Shown: positions 1-9,511 of the stretch, in pieces
Position numbering within the stretch: position 1 is the first letter of the stretch
Layout of the letters: every line of letters begins with the position of its first letter
Made by a program: the position numbers and the translations under genes
Virus record (IMG/VR): IMGVR_UViG_3300025018_000309
Span: 1-36,671 of that record
Length of the DNA: 36,671 nucleotides
Source of the DNA: a virus
Taxonomy: Duplodnaviria; Caudoviricetes
Reading direction: 5' to 3' (one strand)
Notes under the pieces: model-generated
Databases searched by the model: none
What the model was told of the DNA's origin: nothing
The model's input: only the letters and a program-made list of their open reading frames with translations

Positions 1-125
1 CCATGCTGACCATGCTGACCATGCTGACCATGCTGACCATGCTGACCATGCTGACCATGCTGACCATGCTGACCATGCTGACCATGCTGACCATGCTGAC
101 CATGCTGCTGATAGGTTGTCTTGAG
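1..125. repeat. Direct terminal repeat, left copy (most likely a circular-assembly overlap)
   Basis: 1-125 is identical to 36547-36671, and an ORF reads in frame across the join. Confidence 0.92.
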
Positions 126-441
126 TTATTTTCCCAGCGACAAAATCTCTCTTAGCTTGTATCGCATCTCGCGGACGCTTGTCATCTGGAAGCTCTGATT
201 CAAAATTAGCAAGACATTTTTCAGCCCAATCACACCCGATTAAATCAAGATCATTTTTCTGTTCTTGCGATAGTTCTGAATAGATATTACTGATCAGCCA
301 CCAGATATCATTCCAACCGTTTGACTCAAGTGCATCTGATAAAGTTACCGTCTTCTCGCTGTGCGCATTAACAAAAGTATCAAACCCTTCTTTGCAGGCA
401 TCTAGTGCCCTTAATTCTTCTTCGTTTATTGTTGTTTTCAT
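1..441 (-). CDS. Imm5-like / Ala-Trp repeat phage protein, 5' part (172 aa across the junction: 441 to 1, then 36546 to 36469)
   Basis: Not in the ORF track. SD GAGG, ATG at 441. Translates MKTTINEEELRALDACKEGFDTF...CDWAEKCLANFESELPDDKRPRDAIQAKRDFVAGKITQDNLSAAWSAWSA; the DxRPR motif followed by Ala/Trp repeats is typical of this family. Confidence 0.85.
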   Translation of the reverse strand, partial: MKTTINEEELRALDACKEGFDTFVNAHSEKTVTLSDALESNGWNDIWWLISNIYSELSQEQKNDLDLIGCDWAEKCLANFESELPDDKRPRDAIQAKRDFVAGKITQDNLSAAWSAWSAWSAWSAWSAWSAWSAWSAWSAWSAWSAW

Positions 442-476
442 ATTAAGTTCCTCAACAAGGTTTAGTTTAGGAGTTC

Positions 477-519
477 ATTCTATACCGGTTCATTAAGACC
501 TGTAAACACCTAATTACAA
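477..519 (-). promoter_or_regulatory. Sigma70-like promoter TTTACA-18-TAGAAT with overlapping TGTAA-N8-TTACA palindrome
   Basis: 19-mer TTGTAATTAGGTGTTTACA, also present at 26571-26589. Confidence 0.7.
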
Positions 520-520
520 A

Positions 521-2605
521 TTAATATTTCTTTCTTCGCTTAGTTCTCACAGCTTTGCCCTCTAAGTGCGCGATAATAGCCTGGGGTTGTGCTCTCACGA
601 TCCACTCCTCTACGTTCCTGACGGCGTAGTACCTTGCCTGAGTCCCGTCGGATAACCTAACCGGGCGCCCATCACACACTTGCCTGACACCTGCTCTGGA
701 TAGCTCGCGGCCAAGTCCGTTCGCTGTCGTCCCGGTCCTTCCTTCAGGGTCATAGTACATGAGTAGTTCCTTACTAGTAAACAGGTCCTTGGTAGCTTCA
801 ATCTCTCCTATTCTTAGGACTTGCTTGGGTGTTGCTATGAGTTGTCGTACCCATGATCCTAGATCAGATCTGCCAGTATTGATCATGCGCTCCTTCGCCG
901 CTGTTCTGTAAGCAGGTGCTGCTGGGTTGAAGCCACCGAGGTCCAAGTCCAGTAGGTATTGGAACACAGCAGACGAACCTCCTGAGTCCAACCAAAGCAT
1001 GTACTCGGCGTAGAATTCCTCATCCTTAGGGCTCACTAACACCTCGTGGATAAAGAATCGGCGGTCGTCGTCTTCTAAGAAAAACGAGTCTGGATGCTGA
1101 GACGTAAATAAATAGTTAATACAGTCTGGCACGACGTAGCTTGGTGTGTACTTCGCGTTGATCCGTAACTCTTTCTGGGTGATCATCTTTTTAAGGAAGT
1201 CAGCATCCTGCCTCTTATTACTACCCGTTACGTCATCCCCCATGACGAACTGCTTCGACTCTGCCCATTCATTAAAATTGTTGTGTAAGTCCATCTGGTT
1301 AATCTCAGTAAAGTTCTTACCGTAGATCTTGCCGAGCGTGTAGCCTATAAGAGACTTACCTGTACCGTGCTTGATGCCATGGATAACGGCAGAGCTGAAC
1401 ATCTTAACACCCGGATACTGGAGAGGGTACGCACACCAGCGGAGCAGCCACTCCTTCGCTTCAGGTTCTGCACCCGCAAATAGATGGTCGACAAGCTCTA
1501 TGAATAGGCTAACCTCTGCTTTCTTAGGCTTGCATCCCCAACCTGGCCAGATGTTAAACCCTTCGTCGATGAATTTCTCCTTCCCCGGCTCGTATGTCAG
1601 GCGAGGAGACTCTAACCTCAAAGGCCATTTCAACCAAGCACTCGCTGCTGACACCGTCTTGTAAGAGATGGTTCCATCGGGCTTAATCTGCCGTTCTTGG
1701 TAATTAGATGACGATTCTAAATGTTCTTTAAAGGCACCAGGGGAGACTTTGTTCTCCATGTCCCGCTGGTCAATAATAAGACCTGGCTTTCTTATATAGA
1801 CGTACTTCTCATTGAGCTGCCATAGTGGTGCCGATAACCCAAGAGGCTCTGCTGACGTTAATAACTCTCTGAACATAACATTCGCAGATGGCCCTGCATG
1901 TACAAGGAAGTCGTCTAAGCCTACTTTGTCTAAACCTGGTAGTTGAGGTAATGCTACTAAATAAACGAAACTACCGCGTCTTTGGAGCTCGGTGGCGAAC
2001 GTCTTTAATGCTGCGCACACCATAGGATTGCTGCGGTAGTCCGAATCAAAGCAGAGATAGACATTCCGCTTCCGCCACTCAATCGGCTCTAACGATGGAA
2101 GCCAGTCTAATCCGAGTCTGTTGCTCCGCCAATTGTACACACCGCCAAGCCCTAAGGTTGGGAAACCTTCTTTACAGGCCTTTGCTGCTTTGAGTTCACC
2201 CTCAGTTATAATCAAGGGATCGTTTGGATTCTTGCACAACTCTTCCCACCCGCCAAAGTTCTGAGGGTAATAGGCAACTGGTGCGGTGTTAGGTTCTTGA
2301 ACGTACCTGACTTGCTTCTTCGCGCTTATGGCATCGAAATCTGTTGGAGTTTCTAAATAGCGGAGCCGGTAGAACGGGGAAGATTCATGCCAGTCTAATA
2401 ATGGTTCCCCTAGATGGGAGATGTACTCTATCTTAAGAGAACAAAGCTGCTTGAATGAAGTATGCAACTTGGATGTTTGCTGGCTTGAAAGAGGACTGAT
2501 GTAAAGTTGCTTAGCGTCTTTCAATGTTAAGCCTGATGTTAAGAGTTTCTTTTCTGCGAGGCTTATCGCTTTCTGGTCTACGTTACGTCGAGTTTTACGT
2601 GCCAT
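521..2605 (-). CDS. Primase-helicase (N-terminal DUF3854/Toprim-like domain, C-terminal SF3-like P-loop helicase)
   Basis: LIITEGELKA, LGLGGVYNW, VYLCFDSD, KVGLDDF; Walker A GIKHGTGKS; Walker B VMGDD; DDDRRF. Confidence 0.88.
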   Translation of the reverse strand: MARKTRRNVDQKAISLAEKKLLTSGLTLKDAKQLYISPLSSQQTSKLHTSFKQLCSLKIEYISHLGEPLLDWHESSPFYRLRYLETPTDFDAISAKKQVRYVQEPNTAPVAYYPQNFGGWEELCKNPNDPLIITEGELKAAKACKEGFPTLGLGGVYNWRSNRLGLDWLPSLEPIEWRKRNVYLCFDSDYRSNPMVCAALKTFATELQRRGSFVYLVALPQLPGLDKVGLDDFLVHAGPSANVMFRELLTSAEPLGLSAPLWQLNEKYVYIRKPGLIIDQRDMENKVSPGAFKEHLESSSNYQERQIKPDGTISYKTVSAASAWLKWPLRLESPRLTYEPGKEKFIDEGFNIWPGWGCKPKKAEVSLFIELVDHLFAGAEPEAKEWLLRWCAYPLQYPGVKMFSSAVIHGIKHGTGKSLIGYTLGKIYGKNFTEINQMDLHNNFNEWAESKQFVMGDDVTGSNKRQDADFLKKMITQKELRINAKYTPSYVVPDCINYLFTSQHPDSFFLEDDDRRFFIHEVLVSPKDEEFYAEYMLWLDSGGSSAVFQYLLDLDLGGFNPAAPAYRTAAKERMINTGRSDLGSWVRQLIATPKQVLRIGEIEATKDLFTSKELLMYYDPEGRTGTTANGLGRELSRAGVRQVCDGRPVRLSDGTQARYYAVRNVEEWIVRAQPQAIIAHLEGKAVRTKRRKKY

Positions 2606-2685
2606 GACTACCTTCTTGTATTACTACCACCAATTAACCTCCGCCCTCAGCTGCCGGAGAACCTTCTTTTATACCTCAGCAATAA

Positions 2686-2790
2686 TAAAAGAAGCAGCTC
2701 GAAGCGCGCCAACTTGCTGAGGGATGGTGGCATGAGGACTGTATGGCAGGACACAGTTGGACATCATGACAGGCTTCGAGCTGCTACGGA
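2686..2790 (-). ncRNA. Putative structured leader / antisense small RNA upstream of the primase
   Basis: Perfect 13-bp inverted repeat 2693-2705/2773-2785, inner stem 2709-2714/2755-2760, followed by a U-rich tract on the - strand. Confidence 0.5.
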
Positions 2791-2849
2791 ATATAGTAGT
2801 TCAGAATGCGTAGCAAGTACATTTGGCCAGAAATGATGGGTAAAGTGAT

Positions 2850-3110
2850 TTAGAATCAAGCACTTAGGTGGTAAAACTACAGAATACTGCTCTGCTACAG
2901 ATTGCTACAGCTACACCAGTTTCTACTCTCCTTTCTCTCTCTACTCTCTACTACTACTACTTCTTCTTCTTCTTCTTCTAAAGAAGAAAGAGTAGTATAT
3001 GTAGTAGAGTATTTAAATTTCAATAATATCAATAGGTTACGCTCCAGAATCCGCTACAGATATGAATTCTTTCCCTGTAGCGGCTGTAGTTATGTGTATT
3101 TCGCGCATTT
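2850..3110. other. Putative replication origin / control region between the divergent arms
   Basis: Repeated CTACAG/CTGTAG motifs, (CTA)n(CTT)n tract with an inverted counterpart, two WATCAANNNNTTR IHF-consensus matches (2854-2866, 3027-3039), next to the primase gene. Confidence 0.5.
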
Positions 3111-3141
3111 ACGCAGCATCTGAGCATGTAGGACTAAGTTA

Positions 3142-3170
3142 TTTACATTCCTGGTTCTGCGCGCCATAAT
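3142..3170 (+). promoter_or_regulatory. Sigma70-like promoter for the packaging/structural arm
   Basis: TTTACA-17-CATAAT. Confidence 0.65.
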
Positions 3171-3200
3171 CTGGCAATACACACAAAATCGGTCCAATAT

Positions 3201-3623
3201 GTGGGAGAATTGTTACAGATGAGAGAAACTCGTGGCGGAGCTCGTCCAGGGTCAGGACCTAAACCGACAGGAACTGCCCGCATCACCAGCAAAGCAAGAG
3301 AAGCCGCGAGCCTTCAAGCCAAGAAGGACGGGCGGTTATTACCCCATGAGATTCTATTAAGAGCCGCGAATGGCGAAAGCTTTAAGCAAAAGAAATTGCA
3401 TATCATCTACTACGGACGAGGTCCTAACAAAGGTCAAGAGAAGTATCGTGAATGGGTTGAGGAAGATTACTGGCCCTCCGTCTCTGAACAGATAGACGCT
3501 GCGAAAGCCGCGGCTCCGTACTTCGCCCCTCGTCTTGCATCTCAGACTGTTAACACTGACGAGACAACTGCGGAGGCTTTAACAGAAGTCATGAAGCAAC
3601 TTGCGAGCAAACTACCAGGATGA
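3201..3623 (+). CDS. terS: Terminase small subunit (true start may be ATG 3219)
   Basis: RGGARPGSGPKP and AAKAAAPY motifs; ATGA overlap with terL. Confidence 0.75.
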   Translation: MGELLQMRETRGGARPGSGPKPTGTARITSKAREAASLQAKKDGRLLPHEILLRAANGESFKQKKLHIIYYGRGPNKGQEKYREWVEEDYWPSVSEQIDAAKAAAPYFAPRLASQTVNTDETTAEALTEVMKQLASKLPG

Positions 3624-4960
3624 ATACTGAAGGCTTATCACCAATTCAGCTTCGTTGTGCCCAACGCTGGTATGATCTTAAAGACCATCCAGAGCAGTTG
3701 CGCTTAATCAATAGTGATAAGAGGTTTAAAGTCATCCCAGCAGGTCGACGATCAGGCAAGACAGAAAGGTTCAAACGATTCATGGCTAAGACTATGATGG
3801 CGACACCTGGGGAACCATACTTCATAGCAGCACCAACGAGGAACCAAGTCAAGAAGATATATTGGGAAGACATGAAGCTCTTATGCTTTACTCCCATGTT
3901 GCCAAGAGACTGTGTTTCAGAGTCAGAACTAACAATCAGACTTCCCAACAGGTCATCAGTTACGTTAATCGGCCTTGACCAACCTCAACGAATTGAAGGT
4001 ACATTCTGGGCTGGAGGTGGCATAGATGAGATTGCGGATGTTAAGGAGAACGCGTGGGCGGAGAATATTTCGCCGTCGCTTGACACATTCAACCCGCTGA
4101 AGCCGAATTACCGCGCTTGGTGCTGGTTGCTCGGAGTACCTGACGGCTTAAACCATTACTACGAGATGGCTGAGTACGCTAAGAACAGCGGTGATCCTGA
4201 ATGGGACATATTCACTTGGCATTCAGCAGACATACTTCCACCCGACGTTATCGATGCTGCTAAGCGTCGTATGTCGACGAGGCAATATAAGCAAGAATAC
4301 GAAGCATCGTTTGAGACAGCATCGGGAAAGATCTACGAAGACTACAGCTCTGACAACCATGTGTTCACGCACATCGAGTCACATGAGCAACTATTGTGGA
4401 TGCACGACTTCAACTATACTCCCATGAGTTCAGCCGTTGGGGTTATACGTAACACAAAGGATCTTTACCTACTCGATGAAGTTGTTCTAGCCTCGGCTGT
4501 GGCGCGCCAATCAGCATTGGAGTTCTGTGAACGCTATAAGAACCACAAGAACCGTAAGATATTACTGTTTGGAGACCCGGCAGGTAAGGCAGGTGAGAAA
4601 CATGGTCACGCATCTGATTACACTGAGATAGAAAACGTGCTAAAATCTAACCAATGGGAAGTAATACGCCGTGTTAAGGCTGCAGCTCCTGCTATTCGCG
4701 ACAGGCAGAATGCTGTTCGCGCCAAGATCAAGAACGCCGCGGGGGAGGTAAGTCTATATGTTAACCCCAAGACAGCGCCGTACTGCCATAAAGGTTTGGC
4801 AACTGTACAAACTAAGAAGGGTAGTACGTTTCTTGAAGAGGACAGCGATTATCAGCACATCACGACCGCCATTGGATACTGCGTAGATCATATCTGGCCA
4901 GTGAGCTCTAAGAAAGACTTTGAACCGACTAAACCTATACCATCCGCTAATTATTATTAG
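3620..4960 (+). CDS. terL: Terminase large subunit
   Basis: Walker A AGRRSGKT, APTRNQ, Walker B GGIDE, QEYEASF, RNase H-like HDFN and GDPAG. Confidence 0.95.
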   Translation: MNTEGLSPIQLRCAQRWYDLKDHPEQLRLINSDKRFKVIPAGRRSGKTERFKRFMAKTMMATPGEPYFIAAPTRNQVKKIYWEDMKLLCFTPMLPRDCVSESELTIRLPNRSSVTLIGLDQPQRIEGTFWAGGGIDEIADVKENAWAENISPSLDTFNPLKPNYRAWCWLLGVPDGLNHYYEMAEYAKNSGDPEWDIFTWHSADILPPDVIDAAKRRMSTRQYKQEYEASFETASGKIYEDYSSDNHVFTHIESHEQLLWMHDFNYTPMSSAVGVIRNTKDLYLLDEVVLASAVARQSALEFCERYKNHKNRKILLFGDPAGKAGEKHGHASDYTEIENVLKSNQWEVIRRVKAAAPAIRDRQNAVRAKIKNAAGEVSLYVNPKTAPYCHKGLATVQTKKGSTFLEEDSDYQHITTAIGYCVDHIWPVSSKKDFEPTKPIPSANYY

Positions 4961-4971
4961 GTACCGAGATC

Positions 4972-7026
4972 ATGGCGCGTAAAACCAGAGACCAACGACT
5001 TCGCGACGTACATTACGCGGCGTTGACCGACTTCGATAGTATCCAGTCAGCTCTTCGCGATATACGCCTCGAATGCCTACAAGACCGACGGTTCTACTCC
5101 ATCTCCGGGGCCCAATGGGAAGGCAATCTTGGCGCTCAGTTCGAGAACAAACCTAAATTCGAAGTTAATAAAATCCACTTATCAGTTATTCGCATCATCA
5201 ACGAATACCGTAATAACCGCATCACCGTGGACTTCGTAAGCAAGGACGGCGTGGAAGATGATTCCCTTGCAGACACGTGCGACATGCTTTACCGCGCTGA
5301 TGAGGAAGATTCAGGTGCTGAAGAAGCTTACGACAACGCGTTTGAAGAAGCGGTTGCTGGTGGGTTCGGTGCTTGGAGACTACGTACTGAGTACGAGGAC
5401 GACGAAGACCCCGATGACGACCGGCAACGTATCTGTATCGAGCCTATCTTCGATGCCGACAGCTCTGTCTTCTTTGACCTTCAAGCGAAGCGCCAAGATA
5501 AGGCTGACGCAAAAAGATGCTTCGTTCTGACGAGTATGACACGAGACGCTTACGAAGAAGAATGGGGGGACGATCCTACTTCTTGGCCTAAGGAAGTTAA
5601 TCAATACGAGTTTGACTGGTTAACACCAGACGTTGTTTACGTCGCCGAGTACTACGAGATAGAAGAGACCCGCGAGACTATCCATGTATGGGAAACTCTC
5701 GACGGTGAAGAGAAACGGCTGACTGATGAAGAACTCGAGGAAGAATTGGAACGACTCGAAGCTACAGGTGCTCGTGAAGTACGCGTTAAGAAAGTTAAAA
5801 AGAAGCGTGTTCATAAGTACATCATGTCAGGCGGTAAAGTACTTGAGGATTGCGGCTACACCGCCGGGTCATGCATACCTATTGTACCGGTGTACGGCAA
5901 GCGATGGTTTGTTGATAACGTAGAACGCTGCATGGGGCACGTGCGCCTATCTAAAGATGCCCAACGCCTGAAGAACATGCAGCTTAGCAAGCTCGGTGAG
6001 ATCAGTGCCTTGTCGTCTGTCGAGAAACCTATCTTGACTCCTGAGCAGATTGCAGGTCACGCATTAATGTGGTCTGAAGATAACATCAAGAACTTCCCCT
6101 ACTTGTTAATCAATCCTATGACAGACTTAAACGGTAATGAGTTGCCAGCAGGACCTATAGCATACACCCGCGTTCCTAATATCCCACCTGCTATGGCCGC
6201 GCTGCTTCAAGTTACTGAAGATGACATGCAGGACCTCCTTGGTAACCAACAGTCTGGTGAAGAGATTCAAGGTAATATCTCAACTGAGACTATGAGCTTA
6301 GTCCAAAACAGACTGGATATGCAAACGTATATCTACATGTCTAATATGGCTAAAGCTATGCGACGTTGCGGCGAGATCTGGCTGAGTATGGCACGCGACG
6401 TTTTAGTTGAGGATGGTCGAACTCTGAAGGGTGTTGGATCTCAAGGTGAATTGGAACAGGTCAAACTATTTAAACCAGTTGTTGATAAACATGGTAATAT
6501 GCAATACGAGAACGATTTAACCAAAGCCAAATTTGATGTAGTTGTTGAGGTAGGTCCATCAAGCTCTACTAAACGGGCAGCAACGGTGAGAGCTCTAACC
6601 AACATGGCTCGCATTACGACTGACCCAGAGACTCTCCAAGTTCTCAGCTCTATGGCTATGATGAACATGGAAGGCGAGGGCATCGGTGAAGTCCGTAAGT
6701 ATTTCCGTAAGAAGTTGTTACGTATGGGGGTATTAGAACCTACCGACCAAGAAGCTCAGGAAATGGCGGAGGAGCAGCAGAATGCTAAACCATCCGCTCA
6801 GGATGAATACTTAAAGGCCGCGGCTGAGAAGGAGCTGGCCGAAGCATCTGAGAAGCAGGCGAGCACAATTTATAAGCAAGCTCAAGCAGATAAAGCCAGA
6901 GCAGACACTGCAGAAACGATCGTCGAGATCGGCAATATGAAACACGAGCGAGCTATGAAGACAATCGAAACTCTCGGCCCTCGTGTTGTGCCGCCAGACG
7001 TTACAGGCTCTGAAGTACAAGACTAG
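4972..7026 (+). CDS. Portal protein, P22 gp1-like
   Basis: 684 aa; position after terL; KPKFEVNKI and KDAQRLKN motifs; C-terminal coiled coil. Confidence 0.92.
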   Translation: MARKTRDQRLRDVHYAALTDFDSIQSALRDIRLECLQDRRFYSISGAQWEGNLGAQFENKPKFEVNKIHLSVIRIINEYRNNRITVDFVSKDGVEDDSLADTCDMLYRADEEDSGAEEAYDNAFEEAVAGGFGAWRLRTEYEDDEDPDDDRQRICIEPIFDADSSVFFDLQAKRQDKADAKRCFVLTSMTRDAYEEEWGDDPTSWPKEVNQYEFDWLTPDVVYVAEYYEIEETRETIHVWETLDGEEKRLTDEELEEELERLEATGAREVRVKKVKKKRVHKYIMSGGKVLEDCGYTAGSCIPIVPVYGKRWFVDNVERCMGHVRLSKDAQRLKNMQLSKLGEISALSSVEKPILTPEQIAGHALMWSEDNIKNFPYLLINPMTDLNGNELPAGPIAYTRVPNIPPAMAALLQVTEDDMQDLLGNQQSGEEIQGNISTETMSLVQNRLDMQTYIYMSNMAKAMRRCGEIWLSMARDVLVEDGRTLKGVGSQGELEQVKLFKPVVDKHGNMQYENDLTKAKFDVVVEVGPSSSTKRAATVRALTNMARITTDPETLQVLSSMAMMNMEGEGIGEVRKYFRKKLLRMGVLEPTDQEAQEMAEEQQNAKPSAQDEYLKAAAEKELAEASEKQASTIYKQAQADKARADTAETIVEIGNMKHERAMKTIETLGPRVVPPDVTGSEVQD

Positions 7027-7031
7027 AATTC

Positions 7032-7100
7032 GGCCGGTTGCTGAGCCCAAATCCAGCAATCAGTCAACAGCGGCGTCCGCCCAACCGCGTTCTTTGGGTG
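7032..7100 (+). promoter_or_regulatory. Structured RNA leader of the scaffold gene (hairpin plus possible H-type pseudoknot)
   Basis: GGTTGCTG/CAGCAATC stem; GCGG 7070-7073 with CCGC 7085-7088; CGCCCAA 7078-7084 with TTGGGTG 7094-7100. Confidence 0.4.
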
Positions 7101-7122
7101 AGTAAAGTTATAGGGGTTTATA

Positions 7123-8046
7123 ATGGGTAAGAAAGCAGATCAGGTATTAAACCAAGACGAAGTAGAATTTGATGAAGTCGAAGATGAAGTAGAGCTCGAC
7201 GACGTTGAAGTCGAAGATGAAGAGTCTGAAGCAGAAGACCACGAGGAAGACGAAGACGAAGAATCAGAGAGCGGTAAAAAGAAATCCTCTGAAGCTTCTG
7301 AAGATGGTGACGATGAAGTTATTATCACTATTGGCGATGAAACTCCAAAGGAAGATACACAAGTCCAAGCACCTGAGTGGGTACGTGAGTTGCGTAAGTC
7401 TCATCGCGAGTCTCAACGAGAAAATCGTGAACTGAAAGAACGGTTAAAGAAACTAGAAAGCCCTGAGCCCAAACCAGCGCAACTAGGACCTAAACCTAAG
7501 CTTGAAGACCTTGACTACGATACTGATAAGTTCGAACAGGAACTTACAGCTTGGTACGACCGGAAGAAGAAGGCAGACGAGAGCGCAAAAGCTGAGCAAG
7601 ATAAGCAGCGGGAAGCTGAACAAGCTTGGAATGAAAAGCTAAAAGCTTATAACGACTCAAGAGCAAACCTCAAAGTTAAAGACTTTGACGACGCTGAGTC
7701 GGTCATTCTAGAGATGTTCAACCAAACGCAGCAAGGCATCGTAGTGCAAGGTGCTGAAAATCCAGCAGTAGTTTTCTACGCCATTGGAAAAAATCCGGAC
7801 CGCGCTAAAGAACTTGCCTCTATTAAAGACCCCGTAAAATTTGCTTTTGCGGTAGCAAAGCTGGAGAAAGACTTGAAAGTTAAAAATCGTAAAGCACCAC
7901 CTCCACCTGAGAAGACGGTATCAGGTACCGCCCCTAAATCAGGTACGGTGGACTCAACCCTTGAACGGCTTAGAGTTGAAGCTGAACGTACTGGGAACTA
8001 TAGTAAAGTTCACAAGTACAAACAGCAGCTCAGGGCTAAAAAATAG
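7123..8046 (+). CDS. Scaffolding protein
   Basis: Very acidic N-terminus, coiled coil, basic C-terminal helix; lies between portal and coat. Confidence 0.85.
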   Translation: MGKKADQVLNQDEVEFDEVEDEVELDDVEVEDEESEAEDHEEDEDEESESGKKKSSEASEDGDDEVIITIGDETPKEDTQVQAPEWVRELRKSHRESQRENRELKERLKKLESPEPKPAQLGPKPKLEDLDYDTDKFEQELTAWYDRKKKADESAKAEQDKQREAEQAWNEKLKAYNDSRANLKVKDFDDAESVILEMFNQTQQGIVVQGAENPAVVFYAIGKNPDRAKELASIKDPVKFAFAVAKLEKDLKVKNRKAPPPPEKTVSGTAPKSGTVDSTLERLRVEAERTGNYSKVHKYKQQLRAKK

Positions 8047-8064
8047 ATCACAGGAATTATTATC

Positions 8065-9333
8065 ATGGCAAATGCATTTTCTAAAGAAGAACGCGTCGCG
8101 TTTGAAGACTTACTAGAAGGTTTCAACGATGCCTTAGTACTGTCAAAGAACGTGTCTCGTTACAACACTGACGGTACATCCATGGAGCGTGCAAATGATA
8201 CCATTTGGCGTCCTCAGCCTTACATTGCCCAGTCTTACGACGGCATGGATCAAACCTCTAACTTCGGTGATAACACCCAATTGTCAGTGCCCGCTACTCT
8301 TGGCTACAGCAAATCAGTACCTTGGATTCTTGATGCTAAAGAGTTGCGTGACGCTCTGCAAGAAGGACGCCTCGGTGATGCGGCGAAGCAGAAACTTGCT
8401 TCTGACATTAACGTTGCGATCACTAGTGTTGCATCACAGCAAGGTACGTTAGTCGTGCCGATCGCTACTGCAGCTACCGGCTTTGACGACATTGCGTTGT
8501 GTGAAGCAATTATGAACGAGCAAGGTGTACAACCATTTGACCGTTACGCTGCTGTAAGTACTCGTGACTACAACGGCATGGCTGGTGATTTAGCTGGCCG
8601 TAACACAGTTCAGGGTGTTGTCCAATCTGCTTATGAGCGCGCGTTCGTTGGCCGTATCGCGTCGTTTGATATGTTCAAGATGGACTACGCAAACCGATTG
8701 ACCGCAGCTTTGGGTGTCACTGTTACAGTGAACGGTGCTAACCAATACTACACTCCTGCAGCAACGAGCACGGCTGGTACAGGTGAGCGTTCAAACGTTG
8801 ACAACCGATACCAGAGCTTAACCATTGCAGTTACTTCTGGCACCGTCAAAGTTGGTGACGCCTTAACTATTGCTGGTGTTAATTCTGTGCACCATATCAC
8901 TAAGGAGGATACTGGCCAGCTGAAAACTTTCCGTATAACAGAAATCGTATCCGGTGCCGGTGGTTCTGGTGTTGTTAAGATCAGCCCCCCTATCATCTCT
9001 AACGGTGGTAGCACAGACGCGGAAGCTCAATATCAGAACGTTACGGCCACGCCAGCAAACGGAGCTGCTATCACGTTCTTGAATACGACTGCCGCATATG
9101 TCAACCCATTCTGGCAGAAGGACGCATTAGAGATACTACCGGGTCGCTACGCAGTACCAACTGACGCAGGTGCGGCTGTAATGCGCGCAACTACTGACCA
9201 GGGCATTGAACTGGTTATGCAGAAGCAGTATGACATTAATACGATGAAAACTAAGTACCGTCTTGATACCTTGTTCGGTGTTGTTAATAAACAACCTGAG
9301 ATGTCTGGTATCTTGCTGTTTGGTCAAGTCTAA
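8065..9333 (+). CDS. Major capsid protein, P22 coat-like
   Basis: MANAFSKEERVAFE start, RLDTLFGV end, 422 aa, synteny. Confidence 0.92.
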   Translation: MANAFSKEERVAFEDLLEGFNDALVLSKNVSRYNTDGTSMERANDTIWRPQPYIAQSYDGMDQTSNFGDNTQLSVPATLGYSKSVPWILDAKELRDALQEGRLGDAAKQKLASDINVAITSVASQQGTLVVPIATAATGFDDIALCEAIMNEQGVQPFDRYAAVSTRDYNGMAGDLAGRNTVQGVVQSAYERAFVGRIASFDMFKMDYANRLTAALGVTVTVNGANQYYTPAATSTAGTGERSNVDNRYQSLTIAVTSGTVKVGDALTIAGVNSVHHITKEDTGQLKTFRITEIVSGAGGSGVVKISPPIISNGGSTDAEAQYQNVTATPANGAAITFLNTTAAYVNPFWQKDALEILPGRYAVPTDAGAAVMRATTDQGIELVMQKQYDINTMKTKYRLDTLFGVVNKQPEMSGILLFGQV

Positions 9334-9342
9334 GTTAACGCT

Positions 9343-9378
9343 TATAACTAAGCAGCTTCGGTTGCTTAGTTATAGTTT
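9343..9378 (+). terminator. Stem-loop after the capsid gene (C-UUCG-G tetraloop)
   Basis: TATAACTAAGCAGC-TTCG-GTTGCTTAGTTATA, 14-bp stem, weak U tract. Confidence 0.7.
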
Positions 9379-9415
9379 ACCTATAGCTCAACCTATTGTA
9401 GATTGGAGGTGTCCC

Positions 9416-9511
9416 ATGCCAAAAGGCGGAAAATCATATCCCTTACCTCAGAATAAGGGCGGGAAATCTAAAGGCGGTAAAAAGCCTACGAAGAAAGGAT
9501 ATTCAAAATGA
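9416..9511 (+). CDS. Small Lys/Gly-rich basic peptide (31 aa)
   Basis: Strong SD GGAGG; MPKGGKSYPLPQNKGGKSKGGKKPTKKGYSK; ATGA overlap with the next gene. Confidence 0.65.
   Translation: MPKGGKSYPLPQNKGGKSKGGKKPTKKGYSK

Noticed and set aside
1-125. CRISPR array, telomere or true phage terminal repeat
   Set aside because: There are no spacers, the repeat is coding, and the duplicated 125 nt falls mid-gene, as expected for a circular assembly overlap
2686-2790. tRNA gene
   Set aside because: No T-loop GTTC, D-loop or canonical arm spacing; the closing stem is 13 bp
2902-3123. 73-aa ORF with TTTTSSSSSS
   Set aside because: It is a translation of the low-complexity origin-like tract, with a TTG start and no SD
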